From Candidatus Aenigmatarchaeota archaeon (GTDB taxonomy: Archaea > Aenigmatarchaeota > Aenigmatarchaeia > GW2011-AR5 > JAHLMP01), in contig JAWCLB010000003.1 of NCBI GenBank assembly GCA_039091735.1, positions 1,295-62,426 of the forward strand: DNA of 61,132 nucleotides. The letters run 5' to 3'. This document shows positions 1-9,396 of the stretch, one piece after another; position 1 is the first letter of the stretch, and every line of letters begins with the position of its first letter. The notes under the pieces were generated by a model. That model was not told where the DNA came from and did no database searches. It saw only the letters and a list, made by a program, of their open reading frames with translations. A program made the translations under genes and the position numbers.

Positions 1-1095
1 CTCATCTTCTCCTGTCCTTGTTGTTGGAAGTCTCATCCACACATTGTTGTAATACCTACTCATTGAGATTGTATCGGGGTCTATTCCATTTTCAACTATC
101 CATGCCTTTGGTATCTTAAATCTTATGGTTGCTAGGGTGATGTCATCATTTGAAAATGTACAATCTATCTGGAAGTAGGCATAAACCAATCCATTAGACG
201 AGGTTATAACTCCGATTGGTGAGGTAGCATTTACAGGCAATTCGTCTAATCTTTCAATTGTAATCCTGGCATTTGTCACAGTATTTGCAAAAGTCACATC
301 TATAGATGATATGCCTAATTCACTCGCCTTTGAAAAATCAAATCTTTTTGTCTCTCCCCGATAAGCTATTCCCACAAACGATGTTGCCTTTTTTGGTGAA
401 TAAGCTGCACTGGAAGGCGTGGTTTGGTATCCCCCTCCCAAAATTGTAGTTGTAGTGATAGTAGTTGTGGTTGTTGATGTGGTCGTAGTAGTTGGGCTGA
501 CCTCAAGGGTTATAGTCTCGTTTCTTGATGAAAATGTGTATGTATTGTTACCACTAGCTGCAAGAGCATCTAAAGTAAGCGAGTAAGTGCCATTATCGTA
601 GCCTGTTGTATTCCATGTAATATTGCATGCTATTTCAGACCCATATGTCTCCTGATATCCGTAACCATAACCATAGCCGTAGCCATAACCATAGCCGAAT
701 GTCTGATTAAATGTTCCCCATCCTTGTGTTGGAGAATATCCATAACCATAGCCAAACTGATAACCATAGCCAAATCCGTATGGAACATGGGAATATGCCT
801 TTGTTATAGTAATTCCCTCACATGCTGTGAGATTCTGGCAGTTTGCATCAAAAACACATTCTGTTGAGTTTGTTGAGCCTGTTATGTTTAATGTAATATT
901 TTGTATTGGAACTCTTTCGCTTGTTTCGATATCAACATAAGCAATAAAGCTTACATCCTCTCCTTGGGTGACAGATTCTTGAGAAAGTATGAAGCCGACC
1001 CTGACAGCAGAAGCAGGACCTGCTAATAGAATGCCTAATATTATTACAATTGTTAAAAAGATAGAAATTAATCTTGTTCTCGTGCTTGTCTTCAT
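1..1095 (-). CDS. Secreted surface protein with PGF-pre-PGF-like domain; N-terminus complete, 3' end runs off the window
   Basis: Absent from the ORF track because it stays open to position 1. ATG at 1095-1093. The translation starts MKTSTRTRLISIFLTIVIILGILLAGPASA (signal peptide). It continues with a Gly-Tyr repeat (FGYGYGYGYGYGYGY) and a Thr-run linker (TTTTTSTTTTTITTTTT). It ends ...ITLATIRFKIPKAWIVENGIDPDTISMSRYYNNVWMRLPTTRTGEDE, which matches my memory of the archaeal PGF-pre-PGF domain. Confidence 0.7.
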   Translation of the reverse strand, partial: MKTSTRTRLISIFLTIVIILGILLAGPASAVRVGFILSQESVTQGEDVSFIAYVDIETSERVPIQNITLNITGSTNSTECVFDANCQNLTACEGITITKAYSHVPYGFGYGYQFGYGYGYSPTQGWGTFNQTFGYGYGYGYGYGYGYQETYGSEIACNITWNTTGYDNGTYSLTLDALAASGNNTYTFSSRNETITLEVSPTTTTTSTTTTTITTTTILGGGYQTTPSSAAYSPKKATSFVGIAYRGETKRFDFSKASELGISSIDVTFANTVTNARITIERLDELPVNATSPIGVITSSNGLVYAYFQIDCTFSNDDITLATIRFKIPKAWIVENGIDPDTISMSRYYNNVWMRLPTTRTGEDE

Positions 1096-1266
1096 TACCT
1101 ACACCTGTATTATCATATTATTTTTTTTCATATTTAAAGTTTTTTTCTTAAAAATTGTGGCTTTATGAAAGCAATTTATATACCTTACCTTTGCATATAA
1201 CATAACTTACTTATAATAACTTACCTTTGCGCCAATGCCTAGTATATGATATTTGAAAATTCAAAT

Positions 1267-2019
1267 TTAAACCTTTTGTGGCGTTTCTTCCTTGCTTATT
1301 TTCGGTTTGAATTCATATCTCTTGTGTCCAAATAACCTATTAGCAATTGCTCTTTTGTTAAATACTACAAAAATTATTCCCATGCCCAAAAGCAGTCCTA
1401 ACACAAAAATTATAGCAAACGAGGATGATGTTGCAATTGAAGAGCCTGTGGCAATGCTCTTTTGCTCTTTTGCAATCTCTTCTATGCTCTTGTTTAACTC
1501 TTGGAGATTACTTAAAACATCAGTACTTATATTTTCTCTTGTCGAGTTTATTATACTTTTGAGTTCAGCCTCAAGCTGCTCTATCCTATTAATCATGTTG
1601 ATTTCAATAGCCTCTATCTCCTTGCCTGCTGTTGCCATTGTTTGAAGCTCTTTTATCTCGCTTTGTGTGATTGTTGTTTCGATTAACAACTTTGCCAACA
1701 GCTTCTCATTAGCGAGCAATTCAATATTATAAGCTCTTATTCCAGACGGAACGGTAATTGTAACAGGAAGTAAAGAATAATAATATTGTGGGATTTCCCT
1801 TCTAATCCAATCAAGTTTTATTATATTACAATCTCCGCGACAGGTAATTTCTATTGTTCTTGTGGTTCCCTCGTCATTTATTATAAAGAACACATACTCA
1901 GTTTCTGTATTTTCGTTAAGGATGATTTTAACATTTTTTTGTGCCTGAGGCACTTGAAAAGCATAGGCAGACGGCAATGCTAAAAGGATTATAATAATTA
2001 AAGAAAGGGCTGTTCTCAT
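1267..2019 (-). CDS. Hypothetical secreted, C-terminally membrane-anchored coiled-coil protein
   Basis: 250-aa ORF with signal peptide MRTALSLIIIILLALPSAYA, a central heptad-like E/K/I-rich stretch, and a C-terminal TM segment FAIIFVLGLLLGMGIIFVVF. No family recognised. Confidence 0.55.
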   Translation of the reverse strand: MRTALSLIIIILLALPSAYAFQVPQAQKNVKIILNENTETEYVFFIINDEGTTRTIEITCRGDCNIIKLDWIRREIPQYYYSLLPVTITVPSGIRAYNIELLANEKLLAKLLIETTITQSEIKELQTMATAGKEIEAIEINMINRIEQLEAELKSIINSTRENISTDVLSNLQELNKSIEEIAKEQKSIATGSSIATSSSFAIIFVLGLLLGMGIIFVVFNKRAIANRLFGHKRYEFKPKISKEETPQKV

Positions 2020-2072
2020 ACTTTATAATTGTTCAGATAGGTATAAAAAAGTTTTTATATTGCTTATGTGCT

Positions 2073-3056
2073 CTAGAATGATCTCGAATACTCAAAAGCA
2101 AGGTCAAAATATCTTTTTGCTATTCTGGCTGCCTTGCTACTAAGCTCGCTAAGCCTGAAAGAAAAAACCTTGCCCCTCACCCATGCACGATAGCACTTAT
2201 AGAAATCTAGCAAAGGAATTAAGTCATAGTCTTTAGCATATTTTATATATTGCTTAATAAAATATTCTGAAAATTTTCTTTTATTGTAAAAATCTAGGTC
2301 CATTGAAAAAAAGGCTACCTCTGATGCTACATCACAGCACGAGATTCTCTTGTTAAACTCCACGCAATCAAATATGTAAATCTTGTCAGCAATGAAAATG
2401 TTGCCAGAATGCAGGTCACCATGACACCATCTTATTTTATTGCTTTCTATTCTCTGTTCAAATAGCTTTCTATTGCTTTTCATAAACATGTTCACTTTAT
2501 TGCTAACAGTATAGAAGATTCTTTTTGAGATTATGTTATTTATGAATTTTTTAGTCTGCTCAAAATTCTCATTCCAGTTGAATCTTATTGTATTTATAGA
2601 ACCATATTTATTTACCTCATTTCCTGTTTCTGCTGTGCTGTGAAAGTCTGCAACAATTTTTGCTATTCTGCTAATTATTCCTTTATCAATTTTGTCTCTT
2701 TTCAGTAGGCTGTTCATTAAGGTACTCTGTGGCATCTCTCTCATCTTTATTGCATATTCTATTATTTTTCCAGAACCATTCAGCTTTATTTTATTGCCCT
2801 CTCTTGTTATTGGTATCACACCATAGTATAGTTCTGGAGACAGCCTACTGTTCAAACGCACTTCCTCATAACAAAAAAATCTTCTTTTTCTGAGAGTTGA
2901 AAAATCTGCAAATCTGAAATTGACGGGTTTCTTTACCTTGTAAGCATATTTACCTGTCAAGAAAATCCAAGAGATATGAGTCTGCAATAATTTTATTTTC
3001 CTTACTTTTTCGTCATATGCATTCCTATTTAGCAAGGCATCTGGAAAGAGTTGCAT
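2073..3056 (-). CDS. Kinase-like phosphotransferase (APH/choline-kinase fold)
   Basis: 327 aa with the catalytic-loop-like motif WCHGDLHSGNIF followed by IFDCVEF, as in the aminoglycoside phosphotransferase family. Confidence 0.6.
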   Translation of the reverse strand: MQLFPDALLNRNAYDEKVRKIKLLQTHISWIFLTGKYAYKVKKPVNFRFADFSTLRKRRFFCYEEVRLNSRLSPELYYGVIPITREGNKIKLNGSGKIIEYAIKMREMPQSTLMNSLLKRDKIDKGIISRIAKIVADFHSTAETGNEVNKYGSINTIRFNWNENFEQTKKFINNIISKRIFYTVSNKVNMFMKSNRKLFEQRIESNKIRWCHGDLHSGNIFIADKIYIFDCVEFNKRISCCDVASEVAFFSMDLDFYNKRKFSEYFIKQYIKYAKDYDLIPLLDFYKCYRAWVRGKVFSFRLSELSSKAARIAKRYFDLAFEYSRSF

Positions 3057-3347
3057 AATTATTTATTGCTTTCATAAATGTTATAAAGTAATCAAAGAGT
3101 GGATGTGACTAATACCCCTTAAGATTTCTATAAAAATTTTAAAAATGCGTTCATGTAATCTGTAGGCTATCGCAGATTTTATGCACTTATACATTCAACT
3201 GAAGCCTATAACTTCTTGCTAATCTTTTTATAACTCATTTTATTCGTCAAGCTATCTATTGTGCAATTTCGCATCTATCATTAAAGATTTCGAGCAGAAG
3301 GAATTACAACGAAAAACTATATAAACTTCTCGGTACAAAGATATAGC

Positions 3348-3653
3348 ATGGTTGAAAAAGCAAAAAATGAAGAAATAATGTTAGATGCCTTCACAAGAGA
3401 AGCTGTTCTCATGATAATTGAAAAATTCAAGAAGCAGGATGCTACTCTATCTGACTTAAAAAGTAGGTTAGCTGTGCTTGAAAGGAAAATAGACTCTCTT
3501 GTAGTCAAAGGGTCTTTAAAACCACAAACAATAGATAATATATTGATAGAGAGGCTTAAGTGCCTTGAAGAAAAGGTCAACAAACTTGAGAATATCGTGA
3601 ACACATTGAAAATACCTAAGATGGACAGAAATATTTTAGATGAATTAAAATAA
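3348..3653 (+). CDS. Hypothetical small coiled-coil protein
   Basis: 101-aa charged, heptad-like ORF. The overlapping minus-strand ORF 3317-3604 is hydrophobic low-complexity, typical of an antisense shadow. Confidence 0.35.
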   Translation: MVEKAKNEEIMLDAFTREAVLMIIEKFKKQDATLSDLKSRLAVLERKIDSLVVKGSLKPQTIDNILIERLKCLEEKVNKLENIVNTLKIPKMDRNILDELK

Positions 3654-3663
3654 TTTTTGGTCT

Positions 3664-4071
3664 CTAAGCTTCTGATAAAATCCTTCCTCCGGCCTTCTCG
3701 ATTTTTTCTTTGGCTAATTTAGAAACTTGCTGAACCTTTACAGTTAATGGTTCTTCTATTTTGCCTCTGCCAAGAAGCTTGTTAAAGCCAAGCTTTTTTA
3801 GATCGATTTCATTCCCTTCTTTCTCTGCAATCCTTTTTAACTCGTCAAGATTAATAGTTTTTGCCCTTTTCCTTAATGATGAAAAACCACGCTTGCCAAA
3901 GTGTTCTGGCTCGTATTTTGTAATATATGTCCATTTATGCTTGTGTGCACCTGCATATCCCTTGCCTCCCCTGCTTCCTTTGCCTCTATGCTTCTTTTTA
4001 GAACCATATCCGCATGTCTTGCTACCACGCATTTTTCTTGTTTTTCTAAGTTTGGTTGGCATGGTATTCAC
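3664..4071 (-). CDS. rpl15: 50S ribosomal protein uL15 (L15P)
   Basis: KLRKTRKMRGSKTCGYGSKKKHRGKGSRGGKGYAGAHKHKW is the Gly/Lys-rich N-terminal signature of uL15. 135 aa. Confidence 0.9.
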   Translation of the reverse strand: MNTMPTKLRKTRKMRGSKTCGYGSKKKHRGKGSRGGKGYAGAHKHKWTYITKYEPEHFGKRGFSSLRKRAKTINLDELKRIAEKEGNEIDLKKLGFNKLLGRGKIEEPLTVKVQQVSKLAKEKIEKAGGRILSEA

Positions 4072-4095
4072 TTGATGTAATAAACATTTAATAAT

Positions 4096-5394
4096 TTATG
4101 GTGTCAGCCTTTCTGGATCCCTTGGCAATAAGGTAGCTTCTCTCACATTATCTAATTTCAGTATCTGCATAGTAAGCCTTTCCAATCCTATTGCAAATCC
4201 TCCGTGTGGGGGCATACCATATCTCCAAAATCTCAAGTGGTCATATTTTCTTGGGTCTAGTCCTTTTAATCTAAGATTCTCAACCCTTTTATCATATCTA
4301 TGCTCTCTTTGGCCACCTGATGTTATCTCAAGCCCTCTGAACAGCAAATCAAAAGAATAGCATAAATCAGAATTCTCTTTTCGCATTATGTAAAACGGCT
4401 TTTTCTTAAATGGGAACTCTGTAATAAAGACAAGGCCTGTTCCATACCTTTCTTCACAATATTTGCAGATCTCTTTCTCTCCTTCTTGGGACAGGTCATA
4501 ATCATCTATCCTAACGCTCAACTTGCTCAAAATCTCATTTGCTTCATTAAATGTTAATCTTGGAATCCTATTAGGCACTTCTAAATTAATTCCATACATA
4601 TCCAAAATTTCCTTGTTTTTTTCGTTTATTTTCCTGAACACGAATTTAATCATCGCTTGCTCCATATTTAAAATATCAAGTAAGGAATTGCAAACCATTT
4701 CAAGGTCAAATGAAACATATTCACACAAGTGTCTTGGTGTGTGATGAGGCTCTGCCCTATAAACAAAACCTATGTCATAAACCCTGTCAATCCCAGATGC
4801 AAGAATGCTTTCTTTATATAGTTGTGGTGATTGGGCCAAGAAGCCCTCTTTCTCAAAATACAATATAGGAAAATAATTAGCACCCCCCTCTGTTGCAGCG
4901 TTTGTTAGCCGTGAAGTGAATATTCTTATAAATCCGTTTTTATGCATAAAGTCGCTAATGTATTTTACAATGTCGCTTTGAAGTATAAAGACTGACATGT
5001 TCTTTGGATTTCGCATATCTATAAATCTCCAATCAATTCTCTTGTCAAGTGTTGATTCTATCTTGCCCGAAATGTCAAGTGGTAGTGGTGTTTCTGCCCT
5101 GCTCAATACATCTATCTTTTTTGGTATTATTTCACGACCGTTGGGGGCCTGTTTATTTAATTTGACCCTTCCATCAACAACTATAAATGATTCCTTTGTC
5201 AGAGAATTGATAACCCTTCCTATCTCCTCGTCTCTACTTGTTACCTGTATCTTGCCCTCTCTATCTCTCAGGACAAGGAATTTCAGCTTGCCTATGTCTC
5301 TTATCGCTTCTACAAACCCTGCGACTCTTACCTTTTTGCCATTTATGTTCGGAATGTCTTTAGTGTAACAATGCATAAAAAATATTAAACCCAA
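4096..5394 (-). CDS. aspS: Aspartyl-tRNA synthetase, archaeal type (class IIb)
   Basis: 432 aa. N-terminal OB fold (KVRVAGFVEAIRDIGKLKFLVLRD), QSPQLYK, YRAEPHHTPRHL, GGFAIGLERL, and C-terminal LLPRDPERLTP. The start may instead be the internal Met at 5376. Confidence 0.88.
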   Translation of the reverse strand: MGLIFFMHCYTKDIPNINGKKVRVAGFVEAIRDIGKLKFLVLRDREGKIQVTSRDEEIGRVINSLTKESFIVVDGRVKLNKQAPNGREIIPKKIDVLSRAETPLPLDISGKIESTLDKRIDWRFIDMRNPKNMSVFILQSDIVKYISDFMHKNGFIRIFTSRLTNAATEGGANYFPILYFEKEGFLAQSPQLYKESILASGIDRVYDIGFVYRAEPHHTPRHLCEYVSFDLEMVCNSLLDILNMEQAMIKFVFRKINEKNKEILDMYGINLEVPNRIPRLTFNEANEILSKLSVRIDDYDLSQEGEKEICKYCEERYGTGLVFITEFPFKKKPFYIMRKENSDLCYSFDLLFRGLEITSGGQREHRYDKRVENLRLKGLDPRKYDHLRFWRYGMPPHGGFAIGLERLTMQILKLDNVREATLLPRDPERLTP

Positions 5395-5617
5395 ATGCTT
5401 TTATATTATACAAAAGTAGCTTGTGCATTTTTATAGTAATATTTATTCTTGCTTATCAATGCAAAGCATGAATAACTTATAATGTTATAGTTTAGGTGCT
5501 TTATTACTAAAATTTATAGCATTTTGTTAATAACTTAATCATAGCTTAAGAGAAATAAGCTATAATCTGGTTTTATAAACCCACCAATCTATTTTTAGTT
5601 TAAAGATGATGTAAATG

Positions 5618-6028
5618 TCAAAAATCATTTTTTCTAAGAAAATCTAAATAATCCTCAAAATCTTTCTGTGCTTCCGCGATCTCATATTTAAGTTTTGAAA
5701 TCTCTAACTCTTCTAGGTTGGGTAAAATTTGTTTATATATCTCTAAGGCCTTTTCAAAACTCAAAAACTCTTTACATGTTTTAGAATAACTTTTGATAGT
5801 CTCTTCTATATAATTTTTTAGCGGTTGTTCAAAGCCTCTTGCTAATTCCCTAGCCTCTTTTATCTTTTCTTCATAGGCTTCTTTATACCAAGCTGGATAA
5901 TTGGGATGAAATTTATGATATGCGATAAATCCACCAACACTAATGCTACCAATTACAGAAGCTAGTGCTAAACCATAACCTATTCTTTTCTTATTTTTCT
6001 CTATCCAGTCTTTCATTTTATCTTGCAT
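5618..6028 (-). CDS. Hypothetical N-terminally membrane-anchored protein
   Basis: 136 aa with one TM segment (GYGLALASVIGSISVGGFIAY), then a charged helical region. Confidence 0.45.
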   Translation of the reverse strand: MQDKMKDWIEKNKKRIGYGLALASVIGSISVGGFIAYHKFHPNYPAWYKEAYEEKIKEARELARGFEQPLKNYIEETIKSYSKTCKEFLSFEKALEIYKQILPNLEELEISKLKYEIAEAQKDFEDYLDFLRKNDF

Positions 6029-6518
6029 AATAATCTAGTTGAAATTTTAATAATTAAAATTTTTTAAACACGCTTCTACTTCATTTGATGTCTCTTTATT
6101 GGTCATAATTTAATTTTTATGAGAAAGTTTTTAAAGTTGTCAGTAGTATCAGTGGAAGTTTAAAAATATATGTGCAACTTCTTTAAAAAAGATTTAACCG
6201 AAAAATTCATTCACAACACTTGGTATCTTAAGTAAAAAGTTTTAATCCTTTATTTGGTTGGTTTCTTTCTATACAATTATTTAAAGAATCTAAAAAGTTA
6301 TAGAAAATTTTAATAAATTTTTCGTCAGCCTATAAAATAACAGAAGAATATTATTATTCAAATCTACAAGCATTTATACAACTATCTGTTGACATTCCAC
6401 ATTACTTTTCCAATCTCCCTTTTTGTACTCCTCTTATCTGGAGGTTAATTGACCAAGCTTAACTATAAAACTATAGAATAATTTATTAAATAAATATAAC
6501 CACAACAATATATTTATT

Positions 6519-7388
6519 ATGTTAAAGAATATTGCTCTTAAATTATCATCCTTCGGACTAAAGCATTTTCCAGAATATTTCAAACCACTCAACGAGACTA
6601 TTAGGCTTGCGAATATTGGCATTTTGTTTGAGATTTATGTCGGTAGGATGATCCTCTTATCTCTGGTTTCTTTCATTGTTGTGTTTTTATCAATGTTTTT
6701 GGGATTGAGCATATTTTTAAATCTTCCGATGTGGTTTTCTATTCCGGGGTCTCTTCTTCTCTCAGCAATTATTGCATTAGTAATTCTTGTTTTTTTTCAT
6801 TCATATCCTTATCATGTGTTATCAAGCAAAAGGGCATCAATAGAGAATAACCTGCCTTTTGCTCTAAATCATATGTCAGCCATAGCAGCAAGTGGTGTCC
6901 CACCTACAGTAATATTCAGACTATTAGCCGAGGTTGAGGAATATGGAAAGGTTGCAGAGGAATCAGCAATGATAATAAGAAACATGAAAACCTTTGGAAT
7001 GGATATGATAACAGCAATAAGGCAGGTTGCTGATAGAACGCCGTCAACAACCTTCAGGGAGTTTTTGTACTCAATAATCTCTACAATAGAAACAGGTGGA
7101 GATATACACAAGTTTTTGGAGGGCATGGCAAGAGAAGCCATGTTTGAATACAGATTAAGAAGGGAAAAATACTTATCAACTTTAACCACATATGCTGACT
7201 TTTATACAGCAGTGCTAATAGCAGCACCGCTCTTTTTTATTTCAGTATTATCTATTATGTCTATGCTTGGAGGAACTATTGGAGGGTTGCCTATTTTAAC
7301 TGTGATGGAGATTGGCATATATGTGTTTATTCCATTGCTGAACATTGTATTTATAGCATTCGTTCATCTGACACAACCAACAATATGA
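6519..7388 (+). CDS. Type II secretion system F-domain protein (archaeal PilC/FlaJ/TadB-like), first half
   Basis: 289 aa, polytopic. The cytoplasmic T2SSF-like domain reads NLPFALNHMSAIAASGVPPTVIFRLLAEV...ITAIRQVADRTPSTTFREFLYSIISTIETGGDI. Confidence 0.75.
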   Translation: MLKNIALKLSSFGLKHFPEYFKPLNETIRLANIGILFEIYVGRMILLSLVSFIVVFLSMFLGLSIFLNLPMWFSIPGSLLLSAIIALVILVFFHSYPYHVLSSKRASIENNLPFALNHMSAIAASGVPPTVIFRLLAEVEEYGKVAEESAMIIRNMKTFGMDMITAIRQVADRTPSTTFREFLYSIISTIETGGDIHKFLEGMAREAMFEYRLRREKYLSTLTTYADFYTAVLIAAPLFFISVLSIMSMLGGTIGGLPILTVMEIGIYVFIPLLNIVFIAFVHLTQPTI

Positions 7389-7392
7389 TGAT

Positions 7393-8193
7393 GTGAAAAT
7401 GCTCAAAAAAGATAAAATATTATATCTAACTTGCATTGGAATTTGCTTTATAATAATTTATATTAATTTTACGTATTTCGCTAACCTCATACAGCTATTT
7501 GGGATGTTAAACTTCCTTGCTGCTTTTATAGGTCTTGGGATACCATTATTAATAAAATACAGGCAACTCAAGATAACAAGCGAGATAGAGAGCCAATTCC
7601 CAAACTTTCTGCGAGATGTCACAGCAAGCATAGAAACAGGTATGACCCTGCCACAGGCAATAAGATCTGTAAAGACAAACGACTATGGTCGTTTGTCACG
7701 CTATGTGAAAGATATCTCAGCAAAGCTTGAGTGGGGAATAGACTTTGAAAAGGTGTTAGAGGACTTTGCATCAAAGGTTGGATCCAAAACCATAAGAAGG
7801 TCTGTAAGGGCAATAAACGAGACCCATCGTTCAGGAGGCAAGATTGGAACTGTATTAAGCGCTGTGAGCGAATCACAAATAATTCTTGAGAGGGTAAAGA
7901 AGGAGAGGAGCTCATCTATATATACCCAAATGATTAATGGATATGTGATATTTTTTGTTTTTCTTGGTGTTATGTTTGCCCTTTCTAGATTTCTCATACC
8001 TGCATTTGAGTGGGAGGAGATAGGAACTGAAACAAAGGAAATCTACTCAGCAGTATTCAGAAACCTTGTAATTATCCAAGGTGCTTTTGCTGGTTTGGCT
8101 ATTGGAAAAATGGCTGAGGGTAGTGTGTTCGCGGGCATAAAGCACTCATTGGTCTTGGTTGCTATCGGCTATAGCGTTTTTACGATATTATAA
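7393..8193 (+). CDS. Type II secretion system F-domain protein (PilC/FlaJ/TadC-like), second half
   Basis: 266 aa, 4 nt after the previous gene. T2SSF-like domain FPNFLRDVTASIETGMTLPQAIRSV...RSVRAINETHRSGGKIGTVL with flanking TM segments. GTG at 7393 or ATG at 7399. Confidence 0.75.
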   Translation: MKMLKKDKILYLTCIGICFIIIYINFTYFANLIQLFGMLNFLAAFIGLGIPLLIKYRQLKITSEIESQFPNFLRDVTASIETGMTLPQAIRSVKTNDYGRLSRYVKDISAKLEWGIDFEKVLEDFASKVGSKTIRRSVRAINETHRSGGKIGTVLSAVSESQIILERVKKERSSSIYTQMINGYVIFFVFLGVMFALSRFLIPAFEWEEIGTETKEIYSAVFRNLVIIQGAFAGLAIGKMAEGSVFAGIKHSLVLVAIGYSVFTIL

Positions 8194-8317
8194 ATTACTG
8201 AATTTTAGGTAATTGAAAGAAAAATCGCTCTCAGAATTATTTTCTGGTAATTTGTTTTTTAGTTAGACAAATTAATTGAGCGACATAGATAATTATTGAT
8301 TTATCCTTTGACCAATA

Positions 8318-8414
8318 CTGCTAGCAATCCCGATGGTTATCGATGAAAAGCTTTAAATTTACTCGTTAAATATTTAAAATGAAGGAGAGATTTATGAATA
8401 ATAAAATCCTGATT
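8318..8414. repeat. Direct repeat copy 1 (97 nt) spanning upstream DNA plus the first 12 codons of ORF 8379-8936
   Basis: ctgctagcaatcccgatggttatcgatgaaaagctttaaatttactcgttaaatatttaaaatgaaggagagatttatgaataataaaatcctgatt. It equals 9301-9396 apart from one A in an A-run (A4 versus A3). Confidence 0.95.
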
Positions 8415-8936
8415 CTAGCTTTAGTTATAGTATTCATTATCATAACGGTTATTGCTTGTATCACTTTAAAGCAAGGTGAGAAAGTGGGAGACTTGGGGCA
8501 AGTAATCATGGTCAATAATGATGAGGATGCACCTTCTTCTCCGATGGATTTGATATTATTGTCAACACCTTTCTCGGTCGAAAAAGTTGCAACAATATCA
8601 GTGAAGATTGGCAAGAGAGAGGGTTATCCTACGGAAGGAGTGAATTGGCCTGGCACAAATGCGGAGCTTATATTACCAGAAGGTCTGAAGCTGATAGAAG
8701 GCAATCTGCATTGGCAAGGCGATATTATTGGAGACGAAGTGGCACAATTTCAGGTAAAAGTACAGGCAATTCAAAATGGCGAATGGAAGGTTGAGGCGTA
8801 TGCCAAATACCTTATAGATGAGACTAATTGGTTAGGAGATATGGAAAGGTTCTATATTCTAGTCACCGATGATACGGTGTTGATTAGTGAGCAACCGTTT
8901 ACACCGATAAGCCCCGGAGGGAAGGGCGAAAAGTAA
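8379..8936 (+). CDS. Membrane-anchored beta-sandwich-like protein, paralog A
   Basis: 185 aa with N-terminal anchor MKERFMNNKILILALVIVFIIITVIA. The body aligns with paralog B, for example LILPEGLKLIEGNLHWQGDIIGDEVAQFQVKVQAIQNGEW against IVLPEGLALESGSLTYQGNLTGEETHEVKAAIRAVQLGEW. This resembles a CARDB/DUF11-type pattern. Confidence 0.6.
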   Translation: MKERFMNNKILILALVIVFIIITVIACITLKQGEKVGDLGQVIMVNNDEDAPSSPMDLILLSTPFSVEKVATISVKIGKREGYPTEGVNWPGTNAELILPEGLKLIEGNLHWQGDIIGDEVAQFQVKVQAIQNGEWKVEAYAKYLIDETNWLGDMERFYILVTDDTVLISEQPFTPISPGGKGEK

Positions 8937-9032
8937 AGTTGCCTTTTCTGTTAAGTTCTGTTGGCTCATATTATTTAATTTATCTCTAATTTTTCTTTTG
9001 CACGCTCCTAATAAACTATCCAATTCGCCTAG

Positions 9033-9329
9033 ATCTCCTGCATAGGTAGTAATCCAGTAGATTGCGATGGCCAAGATATTTGTGCTAATATTTGCAATGG
9101 TAACTTAGTCGTCAGTTACAAGGACTATTATGTTCAAGCTAACACGGGGACTTGCACTTACACCTTCGGGCCAACGATAGAGGATCGCGATCAGAGGTAT
9201 CGCAATCATCGGCCTCGAAGCCGCTGTAGTCTTTATCACTCAAAGGAGGAGGTTGGTAAAGTGAAGAAACATGGAGAGGTGACAACTGGACTTAGAATTC
9301 TGCTAGCAATCCCGATGGTTATCGATGAA
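9033..9329 (+). pseudogene. Start-less Cys-rich ORF remnant
   Basis: Open frame from the stop at 9030-9032 to TGA at 9327-9329. It encodes ISCIGSNPVDCDGQDICANICNGNLVVSYKDYYVQANTGTCTYTFGP...RIPASNPDGYR. The only ATG/GTG/TTG codon is the GTG at 9261, 66 nt before the stop. Its last 27 nt (before the stop codon) lie inside repeat copy 2. Confidence 0.35.
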
Positions 9330-9396
9330 AAGCTTTAAATTTACTCGTTAAATATTTAAAATGAAGGAGAGATTTATGAATAATAAAATCCTGATT
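9301..9396. repeat. Direct repeat copy 2 (96 nt)
   Basis: See copy 1. Identity decays to about 75% over the next 55 nt or so, and afterwards is detectable only at protein level. Confidence 0.95.

Noticed and set aside
8859-9074. 71-aa minus-strand ORF between the two paralogs
   Set aside because: It overlaps the 3' end of paralog A and the start-less remnant, and shows no recognisable features. It is probably spurious.
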